Below are positions 32,101 to 45,400 of a stretch of DNA of 64,000 bases, in pieces. The position numbers and the translations under genes were made by a program. This DNA is from Thalia democratica (lineage: Eukaryota): NCBI GenBank assembly GCA_965202585.1, contig OZ241833.1, positions 27,528,001 through 27,592,000 on the forward strand. Reading direction: 5' to 3'. The notes beneath the pieces were generated by a model that was given only the letters and a program-made list of their open reading frames with translations, was not told the origin of the DNA and did no database searches. The stretch's first letter is position 1, and each line of letters begins with the position of its first letter.

Positions 32101-35100
32101 GTCTACTTAATAGGAAGCAATTATTAATGTTAAGGGGTGACAAGTTATTTTAAAAATGCGACTCTTAATTGACTCAAAATACATATATTTATCGTTATAA
32201 AACTAAATTATTTAAAGATAATGCAAAACTTCTACTAGATCCAACGTGAGTGTTGCAAACTTTTTTCAGCCCCACAAGGACAGCAATGCCCCGATCGACC
32301 GCGAAGAAGAAATAATTCCGACGAATGTTCAACCGCTAGGCGACGTTGTTTGCATGAAGCACAATTACGAGAAGGCGCTTTCCCCCGAAAAACCCCCGAC
32401 TCCGAGAAGAGCGTCGGTCAATCTGACCAGGGAAGATTGGGATCAGATCAGGGAGGAGCTGCTGGAAGAAAGCTGCAACAGGAACGCTCTCAGGTCGGAA
32501 AAGACAAATTATTTTAAATCTTAATTGTATTTACATGTTAAATGTATGTACTAGGGTGAATCTGTTGCCCCGACCTAAGAGTTCCTAAAAAACTAGGAAG
32601 TTCCTACGTTAATTTTTATTCTGAGTACTTTTAACTGATGTTTTTGTTGTAACCATAAAATATATAGCATTCAGCTAATTTCCTAAACTGTTTTTACTCA
32701 ATTTTTTATTAATACATATATTAATGGTAATAACTTAAGTAGTATACACCATATAACAAGATATTTTTAACGGTATTTTCAGAGTCATAAAAATTTGCTC
32801 ACTTAGTATCCCAGTTGTTTGATCAATCGAAAAGTATTTTCTTTTTTTATAAAAACCACACATTTGTTGATATGACGTCACAAATCATTAACAGATACAA
32901 GAAAGTGCCGACGTACTTTCAGAGTGAGGAGGGCAGAGAGTGGTTACGGACGCAAACGGAGTTGCTCAACGAAGCCAGCAAGCGGCTGAAGCCGCGGCAA
33001 CAGATGAGCGTGTTGCTAGGCAACAACGACGAGAAGGTGTACGTGGGGAAGCACCCCATCGACAAGATGAACGTCACCAGTAATGGTAATGTGACGTCAC
33101 TTTAAAGAATTTTGATAAAATAATTTAAACTTTTTGAATTTTTCTTTTTAATATGAGCAAGATGTTTTAGCTTTTAATAATTATAATTGATTAAACAGCT
33201 GCAAGAGTAAAAACAATAAAAAATTTCTACTAAGTTAAAACTGTAATTTTATTTTGAAAATAGACTTATTAAGTAAAAGTGAGTAAGTAGTGTAACATAT
33301 TTTATTCGTGGAAAAACAGTTCAGTAAGTCTTGATATTTATTTATTTGTTTGAAAAAGAGACAAAATATAAATCTATATGTGCTTCTACTTTTTAGTCTA
33401 ATTATTCATTTTGGGTATAAAGTTTGATAAACGTAATGTAAAAAATTGATTGTTTTAAAAACCAAATCTGTAAATACTGAAGAAAAGTAAACTTAGTTTG
33501 AAATTTAGAATGATTAAACATTAAAGTATTACTTTGAGTTGTCAACTACTTTCAGAACATTACTTTTATATTTATAGATAATTGTTTCAGTTTTAATAAT
33601 TGCAAATAATTGTAAATTTTTAACGTTAATACTGATTTAATTGAAAAAGTAACCCTCAGTATATTGAAAGCATGAAATTGTGCCAAAATATTTGACCTCA
33701 ACTTAAACAGATGTTTTTTCCTTTTAAAAAATATCAGCACAACTTTAATTAACTTGCTCATATTGCTAGTTTTACTTCGGGAAGCTTGCCAAAAATAAGT
33801 TCAAAATGCCACAAACTTTCCAATTACTTTTGTACCACTTTTAGTTTAAGGTTAACTTTTTTTCCAAGCTGTTTATTGTGTGATTGAGCTTTTAATTGAA
33901 TCAATGATAATAACGAATTATAAGTGTTTTACTTCTAAAAAGCGCATGAAATATTTTTATGACTATAAACACAGCATCCTAAAAATGTTTACTTTGTTTA
34001 AAAGACTAACAAAATAAAGGTATTATATTTTAAACTACAAATCTATTATTAATAGTTAGTTAGTTAATGAAATTTTCGATAAATTGTGAATAACATGTGT
34101 TATAAAACTTTAGAGGAATCAATACTAGAAGTTAATGAACTGAGAAGAAAAAGTATGGCCGCAAAAGAAGAAAAGTTACAGCGTAATTCAGGTGATTTAT
34201 ATTTGCAAAAAAAACATTTTAGTATTACCTTTTTCCTACTAATTAATTTTATATTACACAGTTAATGCACAACAAAAGTCAATTTTGCAACAAATTAATG
34301 AATCAGTATCCACTGATAATGAAAGTAAGTTACATTTATTTGTTTACAAATTGTTTTGAGACTATTCACATCAAATAAAAAGATATATTAATAAAACTTT
34401 TTGTTTTTATCAGCCTTTACAAGAAAAAAAAAATTGTTTAAACACAATATTGTTTCATTAATAATAGTTTATATTAAATTTTAACTAAAACATACATAAG
34501 CTGAAATTTTATAGTTTTATATGTTTAATAAATAAGTGTACTTCCAAGTATGCGTGATAAGATCATCTTCTATTTTAAACAAGGAAATTAGATCACGACT
34601 TTATTAATTCATATAATGTATCCCATTTCGATACAGCTAGTTTTATATGCAATTTCATTACCGAATATGAGGATTTTGAGTTTATTCACAAAATCGTTCA
34701 TTTTATCAAAACACTCACAGCGAATTTTATCAAGGCTTCCAAATCGATGCGAAAATTAAGAAGCATTTTGCTTTGCTGCGATGGAAAAAGTTAATCAATT
34801 TTTCGTAACATTTGCTAAATTAAAAGCACATTTTATTGATTATATTCCGTCTCTGTTTGCGTGCTATAAGGTAAATCGCAAAATTGTATGGATTTTTATA
34901 AAATACATTACAAAGCAGGCTTCTTATCGTATAAGTATGCTATTTGTTCGAGCCGATCAAAAATCAATAGAATTAACAAGAATCTCCTACAAATCTTACG
35001 TTTACTCATTTTTTATTCTTTATTTGCATGTAGATTTCACGGTATTATTGAATATAATATGTATATGTTTGAAAAAGCTACTGAATAGATATAAGATATT

Positions 35101-37714
35101 TCATGTCTTAAAAACATAAATATCTTGTCTGTAGTACTACTTTTTAACTATGTATATTCGTTGTATATGCGAATTCTACCCTTAATAAACAGGTATAAAG
35201 TTTTTGAACTTTAGACCTTTTTCATTTAATTACTTTTACCTTTAAATAATTTGTTAAATAAATTGCTTTCTATACTAAATGCAAGTTAAAACGTTTTTTT
35301 TTTTCAACTAATTTAATTTAATCTATTGACAGAACCTTATAAAGAAAATGGTGAAGTTTTATCAAATCAAGCTACAAATGGATCTACAAAACAAATAGGT
35401 TGAAATATTTGATAGTTTTTAAACTTCCATTGAAAATACATAGTTATTAGCACATTCTAATGATTATAATCAAAGTTAATAATACCTTTGTATTTATAGA
35501 CGTAGCTTTTGTTAATCTTACTAAAGTTAGATTTAATTTCCTAAAATAATAAAAACAACTAAAAAGTTAATGTCAAAAAATACAAAATTTCTAAATACAA
35601 AAGTTTGATAGTTCAATAAAATTTAGTTTATGTAAAACAAAATATTTGGATAATATTTGTGATATTAATCACACAAGTTATGTTTTTTAAAACAGTTTTT
35701 AATTCAAGTTTAATTCTGAACTCAAGTTGTGAAATAGAGATCATAAGTACACTAGTATAAATTTTTAAGGATTAAGAGGATTCATAAAAAAAATATTAGA
35801 ATCAAAAATAATCTTCCAAAAGTTTTAAAAATTTACGTTTAAGCTACCAAATATGAGAAAAAAAAAATCTTCATATGTTCAGACTCAACATTCATCAATT
35901 CGAACGCAGAAGAAAACTTCCCCGAAAACAAAAATTCCCCTCCGCCGTTGGAAACCGACGCGTTGCCTGGCAACGACGACGAGTGGAAGCAGCGGCGCTT
36001 CGACGTCATGAGCTGGCCCAATGACGTCATCGGTCCCCGCAGGAGCAGGCACCCGGTGGCGCCCCCCATCGGCCGCCAAACGCAGGCGAGGCCCATCGAC
36101 AGCGACGAGCACATTTTGAGGGATTTCTACCGGCAGCGGCGCCCCGGAGAAGTAAAGATGAATAAAACGGAAGCGGTGGTGCAGAAAGGCGGCAAAGTTA
36201 AAGGGGAGAAAGGCGTCAGTGACGTCATAATGCAGTCGCTGCTCGCTTTCAAGCCCAACGCGGTGCCCAATACAAAGGTTTTTTGTGACGTCATAACTAT
36301 TTTAAATATCTGTTTATTTTTTTTTGTTTTATTTTAGTACATAGAAATAGAAGAACCGGTAAGAAAGCAGGTGAACAATGTGTCCATAGCAGGACCAATA
36401 AGCAAGGGAAACATGAAAGTTATGAAAAGAGGAGTAGAACTTCATCCTAGACAAGTAATGTTTTACTTCAAACTAAAACTATTTGGTCAAGATTTTTTTT
36501 TTATTTAATGAAGTTTTGTAACAATTTTTTTAAATTCTAATACATTTCAATTTAAAACTAATTAATCTTTAGTTTTTCCCAGAATTTAAGACCGTCTAGA
36601 TTCTAGAAGTAAACGTTTTTCTGGATATATTTACCTTAGCATGTTTTATTTTATTTTAAATAGACATAACAAAGCTAGTTTGACAAACTTATGGACTATA
36701 AAGAACTAAATAAAATGTTGATTTTGTTTCAGTTGAATCTTGGAAAATTGGTGGAAGGTAAGATGTATTGCTGCACATTCAGGATTCGAAATGTCGGCAT
36801 CGATACCATCAAATACCGAATAAAATCCCCTCCAGTCAACACTGGATTACGAATCAGATACGCTCCTAAAAAAGTTGGTTTCATTAAATTGTCGCAAGTT
36901 TTTGTAAACAACTTTTTGTTATATATTTTCTGCTATCGGGGAATTACAGATAAAAGTTTAATAGTAGTAGTAAAGTATGAACAGAACGTAACAAATAATT
37001 GCTTTAAATCGAATATGTTTACCAATTTTTTTTTTTAATTGTTATATGATTTAAGTTTTATAGATTTGAAATAAGATTCACGGCTATATGTGCTAAAGTC
37101 TGATAAGTTTTTTTCCGTATGTATACAGTTATCGCACAAGTTGTCTAGTTAAGTATAAATACTTTTCAAAGATCATTTTTAGTCTTTTTTTTTAAACAAT
37201 AACTTACAAAGATACCTGCCGGTTTGGAGCAGAAAGTAACGATAGATATTTGTGCGATTGCACCGAATGTGCTGGTTGGAGATATTGTTGGAAGTTTGAA
37301 CTATCAGCTTCAAATTATTGCTGAAACTGAAATTATTCACCTTCCAATTCGAGCCACTATTCTTCTATGTAGTTTATTTTATTATTTTGTAATTATCTAA
37401 CCAATCACGACGTTATTTGTTCTTAGTCCTCAAAAAACTTTGTAATATTGTTGTTTTATAGTTTGGTTTTATGTAAGTTGAATTTAAAACTTAAGGAAAA
37501 GCTTGATTTATTAAAGCATACTTTATATATTTAATTATTTAGATTTTGCAGTTTAAATCAAAAAATCAATAATAATGTACTATTTAGTTCTAATATTTTA
37601 ATTAAAATAGCAAACGCGTACAACACCATTGAAAATGAAGAGGAAAAGTGTGCAGTTGTCAAATTTAATTCAAATGTTGATGTCAAGTCTTGTGTTTCTG
37701 GCGATTTGGTGTAA
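23134..37714 (+). CDS. SPAG17: SPAG17/PF6-like C-terminal half (module B; 22 exons)
   Basis: Exons 23134-23252, 23652-23766, 24325-24451, 24793-24934, 27335-27449, 27576-27709, 27982-28212, 28354-28496, 29305-29444, 29979-30099, 30245-30402, 31189-31364, 32270-32493, 32895-33085, 34114-34191, 34262-34324, 35333-35398, 35883-36277, 36338-36454, 36733-36873, 37212-37368, 37611-37714. Every exon has the same length as in module A and splice sites are kept. No frameshift or premature stop was seen. Confidence 0.87.
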
Positions 37715-37945
37715 CTAAGTTGGTTCAACTGTAGTTTTTTTATAACTCGTATTGTCACTGACAGTTCTAAACACTTTATCGATTAATTTTATAGTTTTAG
37801 GTTTAAGCTGTGGACCCATCAATCAGAAAAATGTTTGACAAAAATGATGAAAAATCAAAATCTGTGTTTTTTGTCGCTTTGTTTTTATCTAACTGTATTT
37901 TTCACTGTGTTTTTTGTGTAGTAAACTCTTTACTTTGTTTTGTGT

Positions 37946-37951
37946 AATAAA
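37946..37951 (+). terminator. Polyadenylation signal of module B
   Basis: AATAAA at the homologous position, followed by a GTGTTTTGG tract. Confidence 0.45.
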
Positions 37952-38083
37952 CTCTTAAGTGTGTTTTGGTTTTTTTTATTTGCAATAAGTTATATTTAAA
38001 ATAATAATAACATTTTAACTTACTTTAAAAGGCATATTTGTAATAGGTATAAAACTTGTATTCAAGTTTTATAAACATTTAAA

Positions 38084-38303
38084 TGGGACACTTTCAAAAT
38101 CCACCTGCGATCAAAATCCACCCGGGATCAAAGTCCACCCAGTCAAATTCGAAAACCGCTTACCGATCGAGGATTAGAGGTAACAGTGAAAGTTAAAAAT
38201 AAATAAAGAAAATGCAAAAAATATATAAAATAAATTAATAAATAAAGAAAATTTAAAAAAATTGGATGGATTTTCAACGCGGATAGATTTTGATAGCGTA
38301 CCA
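38084..38303. mobile_element. MITE with imperfect TIRs, copy B only
   Basis: Left end TGGGACACTTTCAAAATCCACC; the reverse complement of the right end is TGGTACGCTATCAAAATCTATCC. There are three subterminal TCAAA(A/G)TCCACC repeats. The site is empty in A (~18960) and C (~57308). Confidence 0.65.
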
Positions 38304-39639
38304 TCTGAGTATAAGTAAAAGTTATCGATGAGCTTTATTAAAAATTATTTATCAAACGAAATAATAGAAACTGATAAGAAAAATGGGTGAAAAAATATAA
38401 ATGTAAAATATCAAGTTACATAATTAAATTTAAAATTAAATACTACAATTCAAAAGCGTTAGATTGAATTTAAAGTATTTTAGAAGTTTATAAAAACAAA
38501 CCTTTTCAATTTCACGATTCGTACAGCAAGAAAATTTAATAATTTTTAAATTGAAAAATAATGAAAATCACTTTTATCATACTAGTGATCAATTATATTT
38601 TATAGAAACACTAAGTTTATTTAGAATAGTTTTATAATTATCAAATTAGTATAAAATGAAAAAATAAGATCTTATAAGTGAAGTTATGTGTAGTAATGTC
38701 GTTAAACTGTCCTAATATAAAGATATAAAAAATATTTTGAATGAAGAAACTTTTTAGGTAACAGTTTTTAATTGTAGTTGTGACTACTACGTTAAATTTA
38801 TTTTTTATTGATTTATCTCAATCAGCTTAAGCGTAATTATACTTAATAGAAAAACTCAAACATTATTTAGTTGACTTGTTTTTCAAAATAAGTTTTTTAT
38901 TTAACGTAAAAATTAAACTTTTTTTCTCAAACCTACAATTTTTTTATTTAAGGTCTAAAAGTTTATTTATAGATAAGTTAAAAAAGTATTTGCGCTTAAT
39001 CTTACTTAATCATTTTAGTTTTTTAAGATTTTTACTTTCTCTTAATAAATGACACATATAACAAAAAACGTTCGACCAAATAACATTAAATTTGTGAAAC
39101 TAGTTTATGCTTAGCAATAGTGGCATTAGTGTATTAAAAAGTTTTATTTTGAAGTTATATGGTGCAAACTTATAAACAAGAGTTTTGACATTTTAATATC
39201 AAGAAACTACTTTCCATTTTCGTGACAACCGTTTATCAAAAAGTTGCGTTAAAAAATTAAAAGTCATAACTTTTAGTTAAATCGCTAAATTTCAACTCAA
39301 ATTATACAGTAATCTTCCTTTATTCTACCAACATATGTTTCTGTGTGTCAACGAATCAACACACTTCAACTGGGTTGTTAATTGGAAAGATAACTCTTTT
39401 TTAGTTTTCTTTAAAGTTTAAAACATTTGTGATATTCTGAGATCAAACTCTTTTATAGCGTACAATTGTTTTGTTTTTGTTTAAAATTAGTATTTTGTAA
39501 AAGTAAATCACGTATTTGCGAACCAAAAAAAAACTTCTTAGTGATACGACAACTTCATGCCTTTGAAAATCTTATTTGAATTTTAGTTCTTATTTGTTTG
39601 TAATTTTTATTTTATTTTAATAATTATACTTTCTAAAAG

Positions 39640-39797
39640 TGGTGGTTTATTAAACAAAAACAAAAAAATAATCAATTTTTTTTGGTTCAAGGACCTGGAT
39701 ATGCAGAAAGACCTCTCGGTCATCGAGTTGCACACCCAACTTAATCAAAATTATAATGAGCAACAAATAAAATAAAAAACAAAAAAATTTTACAGTC
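39640..39797 (-). mobile_element. 5'-truncated non-LTR retrotransposon 3' end (LINE/SINE-like)
   Basis: 158-bp insertion flanked by an 8-bp near-TSD, TCTAAAAG (39632-39639) and TTTAAAAG (39798-39805). On the minus strand it ends with a GACC-GAGA-GGTC hairpin and ...AATAAACCACCA. The site is empty at ~20405 and at the window start. Confidence 0.5.
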
Positions 39798-42475
39798 TTT
39801 AAAAGGTTATGTTTCATAACATTTTACAGTCTATATATTGTATAACCTTATATTGTTCGGTTATTCTAACAACATTTTCTGCAATATACTTAAATTATCT
39901 ACATCAAGTATACTCTTAGATTACTAGACTTTTACAAAAACATAGATTTTTTAAAACTTTGCTCAATAGTTCGTAGATTATTTTATCTAAAAGTCAACTA
40001 CTAAGTTTTAAGTACAACTTAGAAATATTTGTTTAGTAACCAACTGTGTTAGACTCAATTAGGTAAAATTATGGTTTTATATTATATTAAGATATGGTTG
40101 TTATAAAAGCTAATTTTTCACTCAATAAAAATTTTTAGTTAAAAATAAACATAACAGAGTTCTACAATTTTTAAAAACAAAAACATGGTTTAGTGTGAGT
40201 TTTAAAACATTTCATTCCTTTCATTTATTTTTTCCTAAAGAACTTACTTAATTTAATTTGTATTTATTTGCACGAAGAACTTCTTCTCTAATTAATTTTA
40301 ATGAAAATATAACAAAATTATTTAATACATATTTACACATGATTTTTTAAAGCGTGTAAACTACCATAATACACTGTTTACACAAGTACATTTAGTAAAA
40401 ATTATAGTTTTCTTGTTTTATATTTCTAAAGCTAAATTTGATTTTAGCTAAATGTAAATTTCGATACAGAAAAAATGTATCGATAAAATTGAGAGAGGGT
40501 GAACTTTTTCTTTTTTTTTTATTTCGAGAGAACCATGACGTGCTGTTGTCTCGGTAGAAGCGATTTGTGAGCTCTCTGTAGTTTTCATTTCTGACCGTTT
40601 ATTTTTGCTGCTATTTCGATTGACAGGCATACATTTCAAACGAACCGTTTCCTACCGAGGCACCTGCGATGTTTGAATGTTGGTGGAGCGTTCACCGTCA
40701 ATTTTAAGTAAAAAACTCATTCAAGAGCGCAGTTGCGAATCATTAGTTGTCTTAGCACAAATAGATTTTTAATGTAAATAAAGAATCAATCTTAAGACTT
40801 ACGGTTGTAAAAATATCCATACAATGTAGATTAAGTCGGACTGTAAAACGACGTCTTCCTATAAGTCGTATGTTTTTAATGCATGCCTTAAAATAAACGG
40901 CAGCTAAATGTTGAATGCAAACTTTATCACAAGGTAGTGACAGTTTGTTTCGTTGACGAAATTCTTCCAGACTTCGTGCATTGTTCTCTTTTTATGGCCT
41001 ATCGATTAAATTGTAAAAGTGTTTTAATTTTTTAGTATTTTTGAAATTTTATATCATTTATGCTTATAACTATTAAATAGAAAAAAACTTAAAATCTGAA
41101 ATATTAATAAAAAAAACGATTTTTTTTAAAACACATAACAACTTGGTTTTATTATTTTTTTCATATCTGTTTAAAACAATATAACAATTGATTAATTTCG
41201 ATAAAACTTCTACAAAATTGTAATTATCAATTTTAAAACTGTTTACTTAATTTACTATGCCAAATTTTTACAATTTGCATCGAAAAACAAATTTATTTAA
41301 TTGATTAAAAGTTTTTCATAAACTAGAATTTGTATAAAAATTTTAATTTTACAAATTTATAATGAAATATCCTGTTCAGTAATTGGGTTAAAAATTCGAT
41401 TCAGCAAGCTTCAAAGGCCGCACTTGACTTTCACTTCCATTCTGAATACGCGAGCCACTTAAACACAGTTTTAAATTAATGAGCAACACGCAAGTTTATT
41501 GCGAGCAATTAAATTATGGCTGATTATATGAAAACAAAATTGTGAATGACGCAAGATAAAAGGTGAGAAATTTTCACTTTGATTACAAATTTGCACTACA
41601 AGCTCTGTACACTCTCTTAATATAGTTTTGTTAAGGTTTATGAAAGTTTTCAAGCCAAATCCTCGTGTTTTGAGCACAATTTTTTATGAAAAGGGGGAAA
41701 GTTGTTATTGTTGTTCGCTGGTTCATTGCTTGCCCCACTTGGTAGTTCAACAACCCTTCATTTTTTGTGAAAGCTGAAGTTGTCTGCCTCAAGTCGAGTG
41801 TAATTAGCAGCAACTTGCTTTGTTCAAATCTACCAAGTGTTTGAAACTGCTTTTGAATAAAGCAGCTAAGAATAAATTTGATTTTTGGCTGAATGAATCT
41901 TGTGTGCTTGAGTCAAGCTTTGCAAGTTGAGAAATTCAATTAATGTTTGAAAATATGATTAGTCATTTTTACTACATGTTTTGAAACAATGTCTTTAAGA
42001 TATTATTAGGATTTGAAAAAATAACATTTTTAATAAAAGTTTCTGTTTTTTTGGATATTTACTTATATTATTTTAGATATTTTAATTTTACTTTTTGTGT
42101 TGATTTTCAAATTCAAACTAATTATATACTAGTCCTAAGGATTGATTTGTAAACAAAATGCGCATGTTAAGTTTATGCGTACTAAATGTTTAAACACAAC
42201 TAAAACAAAATAATTTATTTAGTAAACTAATTAATCTTCATGAAATGATTAAAAGCAGAACAACCTACTTATAGTTTATGTTTTGAAATGAATACCTTAC
42301 TTTAATAATAAGTATAGTTTAATTTTAAACAGTTTGAAATGTCTAGTAAAAATTAATAATAACCTCGTTTTCTCATAACCTTTTGTTCTGTTATTAATTG
42401 TTTCTTATAATATATATACATTATTTATAAATTTCACTAAACATACTTGTATCTAACTTGACAATTTTACAATAG

Positions 42476-45400
42476 GTGAAGTTTTTGGGCCAACTGTGAG
42501 ACAGTATTACCCTCAACCAATAGGAGAAGAGATTTCCAGAGTCATTATGTACGATGGAACAGTAGTGAAAAATATGAAGGATGGTTCAACACAAGTCAGT
42601 TTAATTTTTCTATATAAATGATTATCTGGGTTTAGTTTTAGTAATGAGTCGAATTTTTTTTTATATTGACAAAACATATTTTTACTTAAAGAAAAACAAC
42701 TATAATAAAGTTAATTTCTACAATTTAATTATAAAAATTCTTACATATATAAAACACGCATTGTAAAGTTGTTTATACTAAAAATTTTTACAAAAAAAAG
42801 TACTTTATCTAAGTTCTTAAAGCTCTATTTTAAAGCATAAAAATATTATATATTTTATATTATATGTTATATGCATATTTCTACTGTTTATATTAAATAT
42901 GCTACCATAAACCAAATTTTATCTAACTTAATTAATCTTCATATGATCACTTTAACCTAAAAACATTTATGTACAGATTTTATGTTTGGACGGAACAGTT
43001 CACACAGCAGGTTTCGATGAAGGTAATTACCCTAAAGACGACCAAAACACCCCTAATTCCCCAAGTTATGTTGGGGACAGTTACAAAAAGAGTGAGTTTA
43101 AGTTATATGTTTCTGAATAAGAATTCTATTTATCTCTTAGTAAAAACTTTAGCAGGATTAGATTGATAAGCTCAAAGTTTAGATACTTTAACCAGGTTCA
43201 TATTAAAGGCAACACAGAGCTTTAAATAAGTTGTTATCATTGATGTTTCTGACTATTGTTTCGTCGTTATTTGCAACAACTATTAAAACAAAAATAATAT
43301 TTAGAAATAAATTTTAAAATAAAACCATACATAGTGACATACTTTCGATATAAATTACTAAAACAACTTGAACTTATTTATTTTTTACTAGTAAAATCAC
43401 AGAAAAAAAAGCCTAAGTATAAGTACTAATTCATTATATTAAAGTTACTGAGAAATCAACTTAAAATAAATCATAAAAATTTTCATTTATCAAGTTTAAC
43501 GCCGAATTAAAAACTCAATAGCGATATTGTCAAAAGAGTTAAGAGTTAATCTTTAAAAAATTACTTCAAAACTTTTCATTGTTGCTTTCACCCCTTTTCA
43601 TCGCCACTCGAAAATCTTTCACCGCAATTAATTTTCTCACGACAGACTCTGTGGTGCAAGGGGGCGTTGTAAAAGGAGGAAATGGGAGAAAGTCCAACGC
43701 AAAGGAGGAGAAAAGGGCCTCCAACTCGCACCGGAATCCAGCAGTTTACCTCCAACCATCCGATATATACAAGTTTATAAAACTGTTAATTTTATAAAAA
43801 AATTGGTAAATCAAAGTTCTAAAACATTTATTAAGTCTTTGCAACAATACATAAAAACTTGTAAGTAATTCTGCATGTTTCGCTTTTAAGTTGTAGACTA
43901 AAAATATATTAAACACCAATTAAATTTTGGAAACCCTCTGTTTTTCTTGATTTAATTCATTTAACTTTAAAACTCATAAATGACAGGATGTTTTAAAAGA
44001 AAAGCAGTTTTTTCAGATATAGTAGTAGTTTCAATCAAAAATAAAATAATGAAATGCTTAACTTTTTACTTTGATACGTTATCTTTATATTCTAACTAAT
44101 TAACCAATCACAGATTGGATGGTGGTGATCATACGGACCAATTGTGGCAGACTACGTCAATATGCGGTGACGTCAGCATCACGTGCCACAACAAACCTTC
44201 TCAGCCAATCACCAAGCGAGTTTGCTACGTCGCCAAGGACCCAATCACTAGAGAGGTGAGTTTGAAAAAAAAAGCAAAATTTTGTTTTATTTAAAAACAA
44301 GATTAGGTAAAACAATATTTATGTTTCCTAAAGATGGCAGTAAAAAATTCAAAAGCAATACTTATTTAGATTTTAGATTAATATATTCAAACTAAATGGT
44401 ATCAAATTAAAACATTTTTTTTTTTAAATAAAGGTTTTCAAAATTAAATCGAGCGGCACTAATCCTAGCTGATTGATCCTTTTCTCTTATTTCAAACAAA
44501 ATCTTGTTTGCAGTAAACAAATAGTTTATGCTAAATTTCGCCATCTATTTTGCCGGTAATTACCTTCACTTTGCTAGCAATTGTTACCCCAAACAAGCTT
44601 ACAAAAATCCTATGAAGTTCAACTCAAATTGACATTAATTTTAATTGCTTTGTCTGCCTCATTCAAGCGTTAAAGTGCATTAAATTGCATTTGAACTGCT
44701 TTAATTTTATCTTCAATTTCTAAGATAAAGTTTCATACCCGGTTTAATTGACTTGTAATTCCATTTTAGTATCTTGTAAGTTTTCTATTGACAGTTTAAT
44801 TATTTCAAATTGTCAAAGTACCCTGTATTTCAAGTTAGCTTTAAACTGTTTAACCTGTTTTTATCATCAATATGTTTTACAGCGCATAAATCATTTTTCA
44901 TTAGTTTAAAAAACTTTATACGTTTGAAAAGTACTAAAAAGAAGTTTTTTAGAACAAGTAGATTTTCGTGTTCTTTTAACTACTTGCGGGTCAATATTAC
45001 ATTTACTTGTTTAATTTTTATCAACTTGGGGGAATAACACAAGGGGTCAGCAAACCATCAATCACGTGAATGTTTGAGCGTAACCAATCACATCGATTCA
45101 ATCTTCCGACAAAACCAAATTGCATCAAAAAAAGTTGATCGGTTTCGCAATTGGTGTCAGCTCGCTAATTCAATTTGCTTTTTCAGCTGCCGTGAGAAAA
45201 AAAATCCCCTTTAAATCCAATTTGTGTGTGGCGATTCGATTTCACGGTGTGACTTAAAAATGTGACGTCACAACTAGCAGATGCGCGATTCTCACCAGCA
45301 GCATGTCAACTTTCTCACACCAACATAAAAGGATCGAAAAGGGGATTTCCCCTTCATCAAAAGATTTTGCGGTTGTTGGGGTGAATTTGAGATGACCCTC

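Larger units (their letters stand above)
20392..39785 (+). repeat. Tandem segmental unit B (~19.4 kb)
   Basis: Collinear with unit A over exons, introns and spacer, with many indels. Confidence 0.95.

Noticed and set aside
34781-35119. 112-aa + strand intronic ORF MEKVNQFF... in B
   Set aside because: Frame broken in A and C after ~40 codons, and the donor-like site gives phase 0, which does not fit the phase-1 intron.
39688-39735. Hammerhead-like look (GAAA, GATGA, short hairpin) in the 158-bp insertion
   Set aside because: No CUGAnGA core in the correct order with GAAA on either strand.
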